Origin: a virus
Length of the DNA stretch: 64,000 nucleotides
IMG/VR virus record: IMGVR_UViG_3300008108_000033
Coordinates: 1 to 64,000 of that record
Direction: 5' to 3' (one strand)
In this document: positions 29,375 to 40,194 of the stretch, one piece after another
Numbering within the stretch: position 1 is the first letter of the stretch
How the letters are laid out: each line of letters starts with the position of its first letter
The notes under the pieces: model-generated
Told to the model about the DNA's origin: nothing
The model's database searches: none
Seen by the model: the letters and a program-made list of their open reading frames with translations, nothing else
Made by a program: the position numbers and the translations under genes

Positions 29375-30964
29375 ATGGCAGATATTTGTCCATTTGAGGT
29401 ATTGCCAAGCAAGTTGACTTCAACGCCGAATAGAACCACTCCAGTAAGTCTTAACTATACAAACCAAGACTTTTGGAGTTTAAAGAACCGATTGGTAGCG
29501 TATTGCAGAGATAATTTTGGATCTCAATTTAATGACTTTATTGAATCTGATTTGGCAATTATGCTCATCGAAAACTGGGCATTTATTGGTGATACATTAA
29601 GTTTCAAGACTGATCAAGTTGCTAATGAAGTTTTTATTGATACTGTATCTGAATTAGACAGTGCGTTCAGACTTGCAAAGTTAGTTGGTTACCAGCCTAC
29701 CCCTCCTATTGCTGGCAAAAGCCTGTGGACAGCAAAAATAAATACTCCGCAGGACATAAACCTAATCATACCCACGCCATTAGAAATAGATTTAGTAAAT
29801 AACAATATTCCAATTACGATAGAACTTTTCCCTGCAGATCAGTACGAAAGGCCATTATTAGATCAGCCTATTATTATTCAGGCCGGAAATCTTCAAAATA
29901 CAAACGTTGTTGGTCTGGAAGGGCAGACTTATACTCAAACTTTTGTTGGCACAGGAGACGTAAACCAAGTTTTAAATTTGGAATTTGCTCCAGTTCTTCT
30001 TGGAAGCATCAGAGTTTATGTAGATGGCCTTCAATGGAAGCAAGTTGAATTCTTCACCGAAAGCGCTCCGTTAGCAGAATATAGAATTGAATATAATTCG
30101 CAATATCAAGTTTTTGTTATTTTTGGAAATAATAGGGCAGGATTAGTGCCGCCAGATGGCGCGAACATAACTGTTGTTTACAGAGTGGGCGGCGGTGTTG
30201 TTGGAAACATAGTAAGTAATTTTATCAACACGGATATTTTGATTCCTCTTGAGGGTAGGGGATATAGTGTTCCTGTCAACTTTAGCAACTACACTAGAGG
30301 CAGATATGGGTACGACGGAGACACTATTGAAGACATTAGACGGAATTTGCCCGCGTGGACTAATGTTCAAAACAGGGCAGTAACAGGAACTGATTACAAA
30401 AATTTAGTAGACTTATTTACAACTGCATACAACGGCAGAACGGGAAAAGGACTTGCTACTTTGAGGCATAGCGGATGTAGCGCAAACCTTATTGTTTTAT
30501 ATGTTTTAGTATCAGAGGGCGTAGATGGGCTTGCTGCGCCATCATCGCAATTTAAAGTGGAACTTCAGGAATATCTGGATGGCAAGAAAATGCTCACAGA
30601 TAGCATTACAATACAAGATGGATCCGTGGTATATGTGCAATTGAATATTGACGTATTCTTAACGCCGCAATATCAACCATTCGAAGAACAAATTACAACG
30701 CAGATTCTTGGCGCACTTACAACCTTTTTCAACGTAAAGAATTGGAACTATGGGCAGGCTCTAAGGCAAATAGACGTTTTGAAGTCTCTTGCCAATATAA
30801 ATGAGCCTTATAAGTACGATATTCAATTTGTGGTTGAGCCGCAAAATTTGGCAAGTCCACTAGTTCCAAATAATCCCAATTTAACAAACTCTATGGAAGT
30901 TGTTCCGCAGTTTAATGCAATAATTAGACCCAGCAATGTTATTTTGAACTATAATTACGAGTAA
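29375..30964 (+). CDS. Baseplate wedge gp6/gpJ-like protein
   Basis: NYTNQDF, FGNNRAGLVP, YRVGGG..GN, RAVTGTDY. Confidence 0.9.
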   Translation: MADICPFEVLPSKLTSTPNRTTPVSLNYTNQDFWSLKNRLVAYCRDNFGSQFNDFIESDLAIMLIENWAFIGDTLSFKTDQVANEVFIDTVSELDSAFRLAKLVGYQPTPPIAGKSLWTAKINTPQDINLIIPTPLEIDLVNNNIPITIELFPADQYERPLLDQPIIIQAGNLQNTNVVGLEGQTYTQTFVGTGDVNQVLNLEFAPVLLGSIRVYVDGLQWKQVEFFTESAPLAEYRIEYNSQYQVFVIFGNNRAGLVPPDGANITVVYRVGGGVVGNIVSNFINTDILIPLEGRGYSVPVNFSNYTRGRYGYDGDTIEDIRRNLPAWTNVQNRAVTGTDYKNLVDLFTTAYNGRTGKGLATLRHSGCSANLIVLYVLVSEGVDGLAAPSSQFKVELQEYLDGKKMLTDSITIQDGSVVYVQLNIDVFLTPQYQPFEEQITTQILGALTTFFNVKNWNYGQALRQIDVLKSLANINEPYKYDIQFVVEPQNLASPLVPNNPNLTNSMEVVPQFNAIIRPSNVILNYNYE

Positions 30965-30973
30965 TGGTGAAAG

Positions 30974-33900
30974 ATGCCTATTGTACCATATGACAAAAAT
31001 CCGCAAACTTCAGACACTATACTGTTTGATTTATTCACGCCCATGTCGGATGGCTGTTTTACTCAACAGCCTGTATCTTTTGACTCAATAAAGATTTTCT
31101 TCATTTCTAGAAGTCCCGTATTAGCAAACGAATTCACAAATCAGCAAATTACTTACGATCCACTTTTGCAACGCGCAGTATATGTTGCAACAGAAGATTA
31201 TTGTGTAGAAACAGACGAACAAATAAAACAGCATTTGCAAATACTAAAAGAACGACTTGAATCTCAGCTTCTAAATAATGCTTTGGTTCCAACTACTGGG
31301 ACAAATGTCGAGCCCGGTGCCGATACAAACACAACTTATTATTACGAATCTGTTAACGTATTTTGTGCTGGAATTGGTTGTGCTGACGGCGGAGCAGAAC
31401 TTTGGATTCAAGGTGAAGATAATTCTACGGCTATAGTACAAAGAGTAGAAGACGATCCGAAACTATCAAATGGACATTTTAGGTTTTTATGGATTCCGGG
31501 CCCAATTAAAGAAGGCGATTTTTTCATCTGTTACAGCTACAAGATGCAGAGTTCCGCTTACACAACCCAGACCATTACAAAATATTTGCACTTTTATGTA
31601 TCTGCTGCTATTCAAACAGAGGTAGCAATACCATCTCACGCGTGCCCTCCTGAAAAATATTTCACTCTTTTGAACAACTATCTTCCAAGAATGTACTTTG
31701 AAAAATACAGTGTAAATGATGACAGTGTTTTTACTCTTGAAGCATTAAATCAATCCATAGGAAAGTCCTTTACTGATATAGATAATCAGGTTTCTAGGCT
31801 TATAGATATTCTTGATGCAAATGTAACTCCTGAGCCTTATTTGACTTTGCTGGCAAATATGTTTGGATTAAAGTTAAGAAGCTTAGACATTACTAGATGG
31901 CGCGGACAAATCATAACGGCTGTTCCGCAATTTAAGAAAAAAGGCACTTTGGAATCTTTGAAGCAAGCGTTTTCACAGGCAGGAATTACCTTAACCGACT
32001 ATTTTCAATATTGGCAAATAGCATGGCCCCAAGTTTACACGCAAACACTGGTTTACACTAATAGCTACGAATTTGTTTTAGATGAATTTACTAGCGATAG
32101 TCTTTTAGATGATTACAGTGCTTTGTTTAAAATTCAACTAGCAGTTGCTGGCACATCTTTGTGGGTTGATGAGAGCTTGTCTGTTGCATCATTTTCGCAG
32201 AATGCACAGGGCCAAACAGTTTTGACTTGGGATGCGTCCGTAAAAACTTTGTCAAATGGCGACCAAATTTTGATAACTTATGTCACAGAAAACATGACAT
32301 CCACGCAGGTTGCATTATACGAATATTGGCGCGATTTCCTTCCTTTGCAAGACTTTAGAGATTATTTTCTCATAACTCCAGATATGCCGCCAAAAAACTG
32401 GAATATGAGACTAATACTACAAGACGATCCTTTGTTCTCAGTTTTTATACCTGTTCTAAATCCATTTTATAATCCAATAGTTTTCGGACAAATTAGAACG
32501 GAATTCCCATACAGCGAAAATGTTTACAACATGGATGAGTACAACGGAAGCTTGCGCGATAGCACAAATCCAGCAGATATGGCACCTAGCTATCTGGAAA
32601 CTTGTTCCGGAGCAATTAGTGCATACTATGGACTAACTTTGTTTGTGTCAAACTTAAGCGATTTCAGAATTTCAGAATGTATAGGAATAGTCAATGACTA
32701 TACACCATTTCATTCTGTTCTAAGAACTCTGAATGTTGTGGGAACATTCGAAGATTTTATCTTGCCGCCAATAGAGAGAATCGAATGGCTTATAAACACA
32801 ACTTACAATGACTACTTTATTGCTGGGGATGCTCAATTTGCATTTAATCGCCGATCTTTGTTTTATAACTATGGAGCATCCATGGCTGCATATACTAATG
32901 CAGAACACCAGATGACATTTTTTAGAACTGATTTTGCAACAGAAAATATAACTCCATTACGCAATGGTGCTTTAAATGTTTACAATAAAAATATTGTAAT
33001 TAAACCACAAAGAAATGTATTAAATTTCAATTCTTTAAATATTCAATTAACAGACAATCTTCTGGAAATTTTAGACGGCCCAAAGCAAGGCAAATATGTA
33101 AATAAAATCCAAGATGTGCAGCCATATAGTTTAGTATTAGACGAGAGTGGAACTCCCAAACCGTTTGCATCTATAACAGTAGGTTCGCCTTTTGGGTGGA
33201 GACTCAGCAATAATCTAACGACCCAAACTTTCACAGCATCTAATTTCTACCAATTTTCTTTAACAGATAAAGATGTTAATTTTTTAAACATAGCTTATGA
33301 AAAAGATAATCAAATATATCACTATGCAGTAAAAACTAAGGTTGAAAACGGGCCCGAGGCAGATTATATTCAAATAAATGGAATAAATTATACGATTTTA
33401 TATCTTAACAATAATGCAGTGTACTTGGAAAACAAAATTGCAAATCCCTTATCAGACGTGGATGCTGACGGAGTTACTTACAAAGTTATAATGTCTAGCA
33501 CTAATGAAACAATTTTAACTAGTCTAACCGGAGAGTATAAGGTTTGCAAAATTGCAAAATTTACTGGAACTTATGATTTCGCTGCCATTTGTTATCCGGT
33601 TCCGGGCCCAGATTTATATTATTACGATAACACTACATCATCATATTACAAATTTTATAGCATCGATCCCAATGATTCTATGACTTTTTATGTCATGGAC
33701 TTTGATGTTGGACTTACGCCAGTTTCAAAAACAGGAACTATTTACAACAGATTGATTGAGACTATAGGATCTTTTGAATATACTGGCTTGGTAGCAGATA
33801 TTTCGCCAACTATAACATTTTACAATCCAGAAACCGTAGTTTTTAGAAATCTTTTAATTCCCGAACGCACAATATTAACATTGGAAGTTGGATCATCATA

Positions 33901-34306
33901 CTACGATTATTCTATATTTGTAAATTTTGTGGATCCTGATAAAACAGTTCATGATGATAGAACTGTGGGGTTAGTTGAAATAAATGGTTATTTTTTAAGC
34001 GTAGGCACACAGATATCTGGCGGAGGGCAAAGTTTCGATTATGCCATAAACGAGTACAATATAATAAAGGAACCTAAAAGTGTTCAAGCAATAAACGGCC
34101 AAACATTGTATTATGTTGATAGAGCTGGCCAAGCTGTCTGGAATTACGAAACAAGTGGTGCTGGGGGTTTTATGTTAAATATGCAGGAAATGCAGCAACA
34201 ACAAGGCACTTCGCAGCCAAATGATGTTGTAAAAACAAACGAATCAATATCTTTCGTTGTGCAAACAAAAGATGGTCAAACTCAAAAAAGTGGAGAAATA
34301 AAATGA
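30974..34306 (+). CDS. Baseplate wedge gp7/gpI-like protein with long extension
   Basis: YLPRMY...LDANVTPEPYLTLLANMFG...FKKKGT; follows gp6-like. Confidence 0.75.
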   Translation: MPIVPYDKNPQTSDTILFDLFTPMSDGCFTQQPVSFDSIKIFFISRSPVLANEFTNQQITYDPLLQRAVYVATEDYCVETDEQIKQHLQILKERLESQLLNNALVPTTGTNVEPGADTNTTYYYESVNVFCAGIGCADGGAELWIQGEDNSTAIVQRVEDDPKLSNGHFRFLWIPGPIKEGDFFICYSYKMQSSAYTTQTITKYLHFYVSAAIQTEVAIPSHACPPEKYFTLLNNYLPRMYFEKYSVNDDSVFTLEALNQSIGKSFTDIDNQVSRLIDILDANVTPEPYLTLLANMFGLKLRSLDITRWRGQIITAVPQFKKKGTLESLKQAFSQAGITLTDYFQYWQIAWPQVYTQTLVYTNSYEFVLDEFTSDSLLDDYSALFKIQLAVAGTSLWVDESLSVASFSQNAQGQTVLTWDASVKTLSNGDQILITYVTENMTSTQVALYEYWRDFLPLQDFRDYFLITPDMPPKNWNMRLILQDDPLFSVFIPVLNPFYNPIVFGQIRTEFPYSENVYNMDEYNGSLRDSTNPADMAPSYLETCSGAISAYYGLTLFVSNLSDFRISECIGIVNDYTPFHSVLRTLNVVGTFEDFILPPIERIEWLINTTYNDYFIAGDAQFAFNRRSLFYNYGASMAAYTNAEHQMTFFRTDFATENITPLRNGALNVYNKNIVIKPQRNVLNFNSLNIQLTDNLLEILDGPKQGKYVNKIQDVQPYSLVLDESGTPKPFASITVGSPFGWRLSNNLTTQTFTASNFYQFSLTDKDVNFLNIAYEKDNQIYHYAVKTKVENGPEADYIQINGINYTILYLNNNAVYLENKIANPLSDVDADGVTYKVIMSSTNETILTSLTGEYKVCKIAKFTGTYDFAAICYPVPGPDLYYYDNTTSSYYKFYSIDPNDSMTFYVMDFDVGLTPVSKTGTIYNRLIETIGSFEYTGLVADISPTITFYNPETVVFRNLLIPERTILTLEVGSSYYDYSIFVNFVDPDKTVHDDRTVGLVEINGYFLSVGTQISGGGQSFDYAINEYNIIKEPKSVQAINGQTLYYVDRAGQAVWNYETSGAGGFMLNMQEMQQQQGTSQPNDVVKTNESISFVVQTKDGQTQKSGEIK

Positions 34307-34815
34307 ACGAGCAAACTGCAATAAGAACAATTGGTGATGTTCATTGTATTATAGAATATAGGAATGGCAAAAGATATGAAATGGGATTCCCAAACACCGT
34401 TTTGCTAGGTGGCCGAGAAGCCCTTGCGCAGGTTTTAACAAACACTTTGGGTACATGCCCCAGTGTGAACTCAAGCGTTGCTACCAATTTAGTGCCAAGT
34501 CTTTACATAAACGCCATGCAGTTTGGCAATAATGGACTTGACGGAGAAACTCCGAAGGTTGTTAGTCCAAAAAGAACTTCACTTTTCGGACCTCCTGTTG
34601 CTACAAAATTAGTAAATAGTTATGTAAGTCAGAATGTTACTACGCAGGCTGTATTCACTACAACTTTGCTTTTTGATGACGCTGTAGATATTTATCTTAG
34701 TGAAATGGCGCTTCAAATGACTAATAATGTTCTTTATAGCATGACTACATTCCCAAAGATTAAAAAGACAGCCGAAACTCAAATCACATTCAACTGGACG
34801 TTGAATTTCATCTAA
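34303..34815 (+). CDS. Tail/baseplate-associated structural protein
   Basis: NTVLLGGREALAQ...EMAL...LYSMTTFPKIKK...FNWTLNF; coupled to gpI-like gene. Confidence 0.65.
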   Translation: MNEQTAIRTIGDVHCIIEYRNGKRYEMGFPNTVLLGGREALAQVLTNTLGTCPSVNSSVATNLVPSLYINAMQFGNNGLDGETPKVVSPKRTSLFGPPVATKLVNSYVSQNVTTQAVFTTTLLFDDAVDIYLSEMALQMTNNVLYSMTTFPKIKKTAETQITFNWTLNFI

Positions 34816-34870
34816 ATTTTGTCTTGAGGAAATAACTATAATAGAACTTTTAATTAATTTAAGGTAAATT

Positions 34871-35701
34871 ATGCCAGAACTTCCAAATAATGTGCCACGT
34901 TATACATCTACGATGCCATACTATTGGACATACGATAATTTGCCAATAGATGGTCTGATTCAACGCGACGATATCATAAACGAACAAGTAGATGCGAATA
35001 CTGCAATTTTAGAACAGGCTGCCGGCGATGCGGGAACTCTGCCAGTGCGTTTAAATCAATCTATGGATTCGCTTGGCAATTTAACTTCCTTGGCTGTTAA
35101 TACTTCTTTGCACAACATTGGTTATCATACAGACGGCAAAGGACCAGATAATGTTTCGTATGTCAGGATGACTCAGGCCGAAAGAGATAAACTGGCAACC
35201 GTAGCAACTGATGCCACAAATTTTTCTGTACAAATACAAACGGCCACGGGAACAGGCGGATCTTTAAATTTAGACTCTATTATTCTGTTTGACCAAAATT
35301 ATTTGACTTTTGAACCCTCACCAACTGTTACTTGGTCCGTTGCAGATGGCCAAAAAGTTACGGCGAATGTAGTAGCCCAACCAGACGGTCACATGCATTA
35401 CGATAGTGTTTTGCCTGTTCCTAGCACTCCGACTCCTGATTACAGAAACTATTTGACTGGCACAAGTGACCCATTTTTAAGCGGAAGTTTAAAAGTATAC
35501 ATCAATGGAATAAGGATTTACGACACAACAACTGTTTACGCCACATCTATGTCGGGTGTTGCATTGGTTGGAACTCCAACATTTCAGTGGGTTCCAAGAA
35601 GCTTTACTCCAACGGTTGACAAGCTTGGATTTAGTTTGAATTCTGGATTATCTAGCCAAGACGTTATTATGATTGATTTCCGCGTTAGCACCACAGCTTG
35701 A
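34871..35701 (+). CDS. Putative virion structural protein
   Basis: Thr/Ser-rich; SLKVYINGIR beta motif; synteny. Confidence 0.65.
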   Translation: MPELPNNVPRYTSTMPYYWTYDNLPIDGLIQRDDIINEQVDANTAILEQAAGDAGTLPVRLNQSMDSLGNLTSLAVNTSLHNIGYHTDGKGPDNVSYVRMTQAERDKLATVATDATNFSVQIQTATGTGGSLNLDSIILFDQNYLTFEPSPTVTWSVADGQKVTANVVAQPDGHMHYDSVLPVPSTPTPDYRNYLTGTSDPFLSGSLKVYINGIRIYDTTTVYATSMSGVALVGTPTFQWVPRSFTPTVDKLGFSLNSGLSSQDVIMIDFRVSTTA

Positions 35702-35745
35702 TTTTTCGGTTAAATCATGTTCTAATTCCTTTAAGGGGGAATGAA

Positions 35746-36267
35746 ATGATTTACTGTGAAAAAGAACTGAGTTTAACTGTGGGAATTTTGGCTGCAAATA
35801 AGTCATTCGAACAAATAAGGACAAGCTACGAATCGGTATTTTCGCTTCGCTACGAAGCTTCTAGATTGGTAGCGATAATGGAATCTGAGGATGATTCAGA
35901 ATTAAAACAAAAGAAAATTAATTACATAAAAAAAGGAATTTGTTTAACAAGCATGATTGATGAACTTTGCAAAGTATCATCTACAGACTGGATTTACATA
36001 GTTTTTGCTGGCAGAAAATTACCAAAAAACATAGACGGCAAGCTTTCTAGATATATACAAAGCTACAAAGATGTCATATTTCCTGTGGTCAACAGGGTTT
36101 GGAATTTCGTGGATGGCAGTTTGGATGGTCTTTTAATTAACAAAAAATTTCATTCAGAAGTAGGCAATTTTGGTTCTGGAGATAATCTCAATTTTACTAA
36201 ATTAGTTTGGGCAGACAAGGCAATGAGCCTTGGAGCCAGATTTAAAGCTATAGTTGGAGCAACATAA
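35746..36267 (+). CDS. Degenerate GT-A-like glycosyltransferase fold protein
   Basis: LTVGIL..., TDWIYIVFAG, GLLINKKFHSEVGNF; DxD absent; ATG 35746 after GGGGG. Confidence 0.45.
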   Translation: MIYCEKELSLTVGILAANKSFEQIRTSYESVFSLRYEASRLVAIMESEDDSELKQKKINYIKKGICLTSMIDELCKVSSTDWIYIVFAGRKLPKNIDGKLSRYIQSYKDVIFPVVNRVWNFVDGSLDGLLINKKFHSEVGNFGSGDNLNFTKLVWADKAMSLGARFKAIVGAT

Positions 36268-36890
36268 TGAGAGTTAAAGAAAAAGCAGACACAATTCTAG
36301 AATCTTGCTGGCTACCTTCTTGCCATTCCAATTTTCAGATTAAAAACTTCATAATTGGAAAAGAATCCAGCAAAATAGGAAAAATGTGGCAGTGTATCAG
36401 GGAAATACAGTCCAGATCTGAGAGTCTTGATAATTTAGCAACAGATGCAGAAGAGTTAAATGACAATATTGAACTGGCAAAATTGGATGTTGAGGAAGAA
36501 AAGTCATTAGTAGCAGAATCCGAAATTGCGAAATCTCGAAAAATTATCAATATCAGAAAAAAAGAAAGGGCTTTAAAAAAGCTTTTTAAAACCAAAAGTT
36601 TATTAGAAACCCAAAAAAGCAATGTAGAAAATGAATTGTCGGTATTCCTAGAAACATTCGAAAGCCTAGGCGGAATTAGTGAATTCAAACAGTATAACGA
36701 AGAAGACGCGCAGCTTGAGTACTGGAATGGTAAATTTGAAACAGAATTCCTTATTGCAAATCTTCTTGGACAGCCGCTAAGCCCAGAATTTGTCAAAAGT
36801 TGCTTGGCAGTGCCCATAAAGTCAAAAATATATGAAAATATCAAGGGCGCTCTCGATATAATTAATCAAAAACTGCTCAATAATAGATAA
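36267..36890 (+). CDS. Coiled-coil hypothetical protein
   Basis: 207-aa, TAATG coupling. Confidence 0.8.
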   Translation: MRVKEKADTILESCWLPSCHSNFQIKNFIIGKESSKIGKMWQCIREIQSRSESLDNLATDAEELNDNIELAKLDVEEEKSLVAESEIAKSRKIINIRKKERALKKLFKTKSLLETQKSNVENELSVFLETFESLGGISEFKQYNEEDAQLEYWNGKFETEFLIANLLGQPLSPEFVKSCLAVPIKSKIYENIKGALDIINQKLLNNR

Positions 36891-36899
36891 CTAAGATAT

Positions 36900-37961
36900 A
36901 TGCCAGTTGATAAAATAGCATCAAATGACTCGGGTTATGAAATTGGAGATTTATCGCTTTACCCAGCGGCAGTAGATTCCTTTAATAACCTGTATGAAGC
37001 CAAAAATAACAGCGTAACAGTGCTCAAAGCAACTTTGTCTGTTACCGGAGACGTTTTGGTTGTTGATACAACAGCAAATTTTCCCTCTGAAGGAATATTG
37101 CGATTATCTTTGCCAAATAAAAAAGGACTTTCTGTAGAGTACATTTACTACGCCAATAAGACTGAAAACACTTTTTACAGTTTAAAAAGAGGTTTCCTTG
37201 GTAATGAAAGAAATTTGATAAGCAAAGTAAACTCTTGGCCAATAAACACAGTTGTAGAGTCTGGAGTTTTTGCCGAGCATCACAACGCTGTAAGAGATGC
37301 CGCGTTAAATATAGAAAACTTTGTCGGGCTAGAAAATCCATACGATTCAACTACTAATTCATTTGCAACAAATACCGTAAACGGGCTCTTAGCTGATTTG
37401 GAATACAAATATTTGGCACCAAACGCAGTATTTAGGGCTTTCCCATTGTTTGGCGCACCTCCATTAACTGTTAATTTCCATTGTTTCACCAACAGGATTG
37501 TAAATCGATTTTTTTGGGACTTTGGCGACGGCGCAGTTTCAATTGAGAAGAATCCAACCCACACTTATTTGAAATCTGGTAATTTTACCGTGCAACTTCG
37601 CGTAATCTCTAGCGTAGGAGGACAAGGAGTTTGCACCAAACTTTCTTACATAAGTGTTAGCAATCAATACGTAGTACCTTTTGGATATGTAATACCTAGC
37701 GCGGGCGTAAGTATAACCACTGCCACGTCATCCTCCACAACACCTACTACATTCACGTTTTATGACCAGACTGAAGGGCCTATTTTGAATAGGCTATGGC
37801 AATTTGGAGATGGAGAGTATTCTTTCCAACAAGACCCAAATGTGCATGTTGTTACACACCAATATAACAAACCCGGAACCTATAGACCATCAGTGCTGAT
37901 AACGATTGAAGACAATGTTACCACTCGAGCTATATTCCAAGAAACTGTAGAGGTGTCTTGA
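36900..37961 (+). CDS. Fibre/appendage protein 1 with two PKD domains
   Basis: APPLTVNF...WDFGDG...NPTHTY..GNFTVQL; WQFGDG...HQYNKPGTY. Confidence 0.8.
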   Translation: MPVDKIASNDSGYEIGDLSLYPAAVDSFNNLYEAKNNSVTVLKATLSVTGDVLVVDTTANFPSEGILRLSLPNKKGLSVEYIYYANKTENTFYSLKRGFLGNERNLISKVNSWPINTVVESGVFAEHHNAVRDAALNIENFVGLENPYDSTTNSFATNTVNGLLADLEYKYLAPNAVFRAFPLFGAPPLTVNFHCFTNRIVNRFFWDFGDGAVSIEKNPTHTYLKSGNFTVQLRVISSVGGQGVCTKLSYISVSNQYVVPFGYVIPSAGVSITTATSSSTTPTTFTFYDQTEGPILNRLWQFGDGEYSFQQDPNVHVVTHQYNKPGTYRPSVLITIEDNVTTRAIFQETVEVS

Positions 37962-40177
37962 TGTCAATACCCTCTAATGTTTATCCAACATCATACGATA
38001 CTTCAACAAATTTATATAACGTTGTAGATGCTTTGACAATACCTTTAGCCAAAGATTACAATCCGGGCGACAAAGTAGTATATGTTTCAGTAGCACCTTA
38101 TATTATGGCAAGATTTCCAGCTTCTGGAATTATCACATTAACAGAAAATTGCAGCGCGCCTAGTCAAAGAGCCGTTTCTATCTATTACAACACCAAAAGC
38201 AATGAAGGATTTTTCTTTACGGACTTAACTGTTCTGCCAGAAACTCCAGATTCATATAAGCCAGCGACCGTTACATCTGTTAGTTTAAATGTTACAGCGC
38301 AACACCACAATGCAATTAAAAATGCAATTATTTCTATAGAAGACTTTGTGGGATTAAAATCAGATACTTCTTTTGTTCCTTTCGAAGGAACAATATCTGC
38401 AAGAACAAAATATCTGTTTGAAACAGTTTTTACACCAAGAGCTTGGTTTGTTGCGGACAACAGAATAGGCAGAGCGCCATTTTTCAATGTATTATTTACC
38501 AGTACAAGCTTGTATTTGGGAGAGCAAGTAAATGGCAATAATATCACCTATAAATGGAATTTTGGAGATGGAACAGAAATAACCACATCTGAAAAAACAA
38601 TCACGCACACTTATGTTCTTCCTAACATTTACACTGTTTCTTTGCAAGTAACCAACATGTTTGGAAGCGATACTGTAGTTTTTGAAAATTTTATTGATGC
38701 TCTATGGTTGGCACCAGATCCTGCAGTAATCGCGTATGATGTCAGAGCAGGTCAGCAAAATTTCGATACAAATGGAAACAATTTTTTAAAGACGCCGACA
38801 AGTGTATATGTTTATGTTGCAACAAGCAATGCTGTGGATCCATTAGATCCAGACAGAACATTAAGCGGCGCTCATATAGTCGGCGGAAATATTATTGACC
38901 CAATAGTAAACTTTACTTGGGACATGGGCGACACACTTACGCATGGTGATAGCCCTGAAACCAAGGCTCTTTATACAATAGGTGGAATCTACAGCGTAGT
39001 TTTAAGATGTGATACAAGATCGACCGCATACAGAATAACAACCGATCCCAAAACAATAAATGTCATAGAAAGACAAAACGCTTGGCTATTTGTAGCGCCA
39101 TCAGACACGGCTTTGCAGACCGTTTACGCTGGCGAAATGGGGTTTCTAAATGAAACATTCAAGCCATTGCAAAATACATCTTATACCTATCAAAGAAATG
39201 CAGAATTCATTACTGGTTCTGCTCATCTTCAAAAAGAAAGAATGTTATTAGAATTCGTAAGGAATACAAACTTAAATGCTAAAAGTACCGTGGGATCAGG
39301 ACTGGGAGGTTTATCAATATTATCTTGGGCTGGCGGCAGAACGGCTGCAGAACTTAGCTCTACAGAACGCGTGTATTTCATAGCCTACAGTGGATTCGAA
39401 GAAACATATAGTTCTCCCGGTTCAACTGGGTGGACCATGTATCGCCCGTGGAACTGGATTGCATTCAACGGCACGGCAATTACTTATTACCTATTGGGAA
39501 ATGCTGTTTCTCAATCCGCAGGCACAAGCCCAACCAATAACCAATTAGTATCTGTAAATTTACTTAGCGGAGAAGTGAAACTAGAGAAAACTTTTTCTAG
39601 TGGCGACTTTCAAGGCGCAGCAAATTATTTAACATATAATGAAGCACAATATGACCAAACTGGTTATAACATTTACGGATCATATAGTGCTTATCGCACA
39701 GCTTTCAGAGGCAGAACAGGTTACATATTGAAAAATAGAACTGTCGGTTCTGAATTTTGCATAAATAGTTTCTATTGCACAACAGAAGATGCCAATGGGT
39801 TAATTAGTGGATTCAAGAAAAAACCAGATATGGGTGGCCCATTAAAAACTCAAGGTGTACTTGTTAATTTAACAACAGGATTATTTTTCTTCAACAATAG
39901 CGGAAGTGTTTTGCAATTTGATGTAACCACAGACGTATGGAAAACTGGAGGGCCGGGGTACAATTCCATAACATTCTCGAATTTGCAAGATAAATCGGTT
40001 GAAGGATACGACAACGAAAATAACAGCCTAGTAGCCACAACAGATTTTGCCGACACTGCTTTCTTATCATTCGACTATAGTAACAGTGCATATATCAAAT
40101 TTAATGATGTTGATTTGTCATTTACAAAACTAAATAGCAGACCAGAAGGTGGACAATGGATATTTGGTTCTTATTAA
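37961..40177 (+). CDS. Fibre/appendage protein 2 with PKD domains and beta-rich C-terminus
   Basis: WNFGDG...THTY..PNIYTVSLQV; WDMGD; shared N-terminal AxHHN domain. Confidence 0.8.
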   Translation: MSIPSNVYPTSYDTSTNLYNVVDALTIPLAKDYNPGDKVVYVSVAPYIMARFPASGIITLTENCSAPSQRAVSIYYNTKSNEGFFFTDLTVLPETPDSYKPATVTSVSLNVTAQHHNAIKNAIISIEDFVGLKSDTSFVPFEGTISARTKYLFETVFTPRAWFVADNRIGRAPFFNVLFTSTSLYLGEQVNGNNITYKWNFGDGTEITTSEKTITHTYVLPNIYTVSLQVTNMFGSDTVVFENFIDALWLAPDPAVIAYDVRAGQQNFDTNGNNFLKTPTSVYVYVATSNAVDPLDPDRTLSGAHIVGGNIIDPIVNFTWDMGDTLTHGDSPETKALYTIGGIYSVVLRCDTRSTAYRITTDPKTINVIERQNAWLFVAPSDTALQTVYAGEMGFLNETFKPLQNTSYTYQRNAEFITGSAHLQKERMLLEFVRNTNLNAKSTVGSGLGGLSILSWAGGRTAAELSSTERVYFIAYSGFEETYSSPGSTGWTMYRPWNWIAFNGTAITYYLLGNAVSQSAGTSPTNNQLVSVNLLSGEVKLEKTFSSGDFQGAANYLTYNEAQYDQTGYNIYGSYSAYRTAFRGRTGYILKNRTVGSEFCINSFYCTTEDANGLISGFKKKPDMGGPLKTQGVLVNLTTGLFFFNNSGSVLQFDVTTDVWKTGGPGYNSITFSNLQDKSVEGYDNENNSLVATTDFADTAFLSFDYSNSAYIKFNDVDLSFTKLNSRPEGGQWIFGSY

Positions 40178-40194
40178 AGGAAGTGGAGATTTAG

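Noticed and set aside
24133-34306. Extracellular contractile injection system or T6SS
   Set aside because: Terminase, primase, a gp2-like gene and phage-style promoters in the same window indicate a true phage
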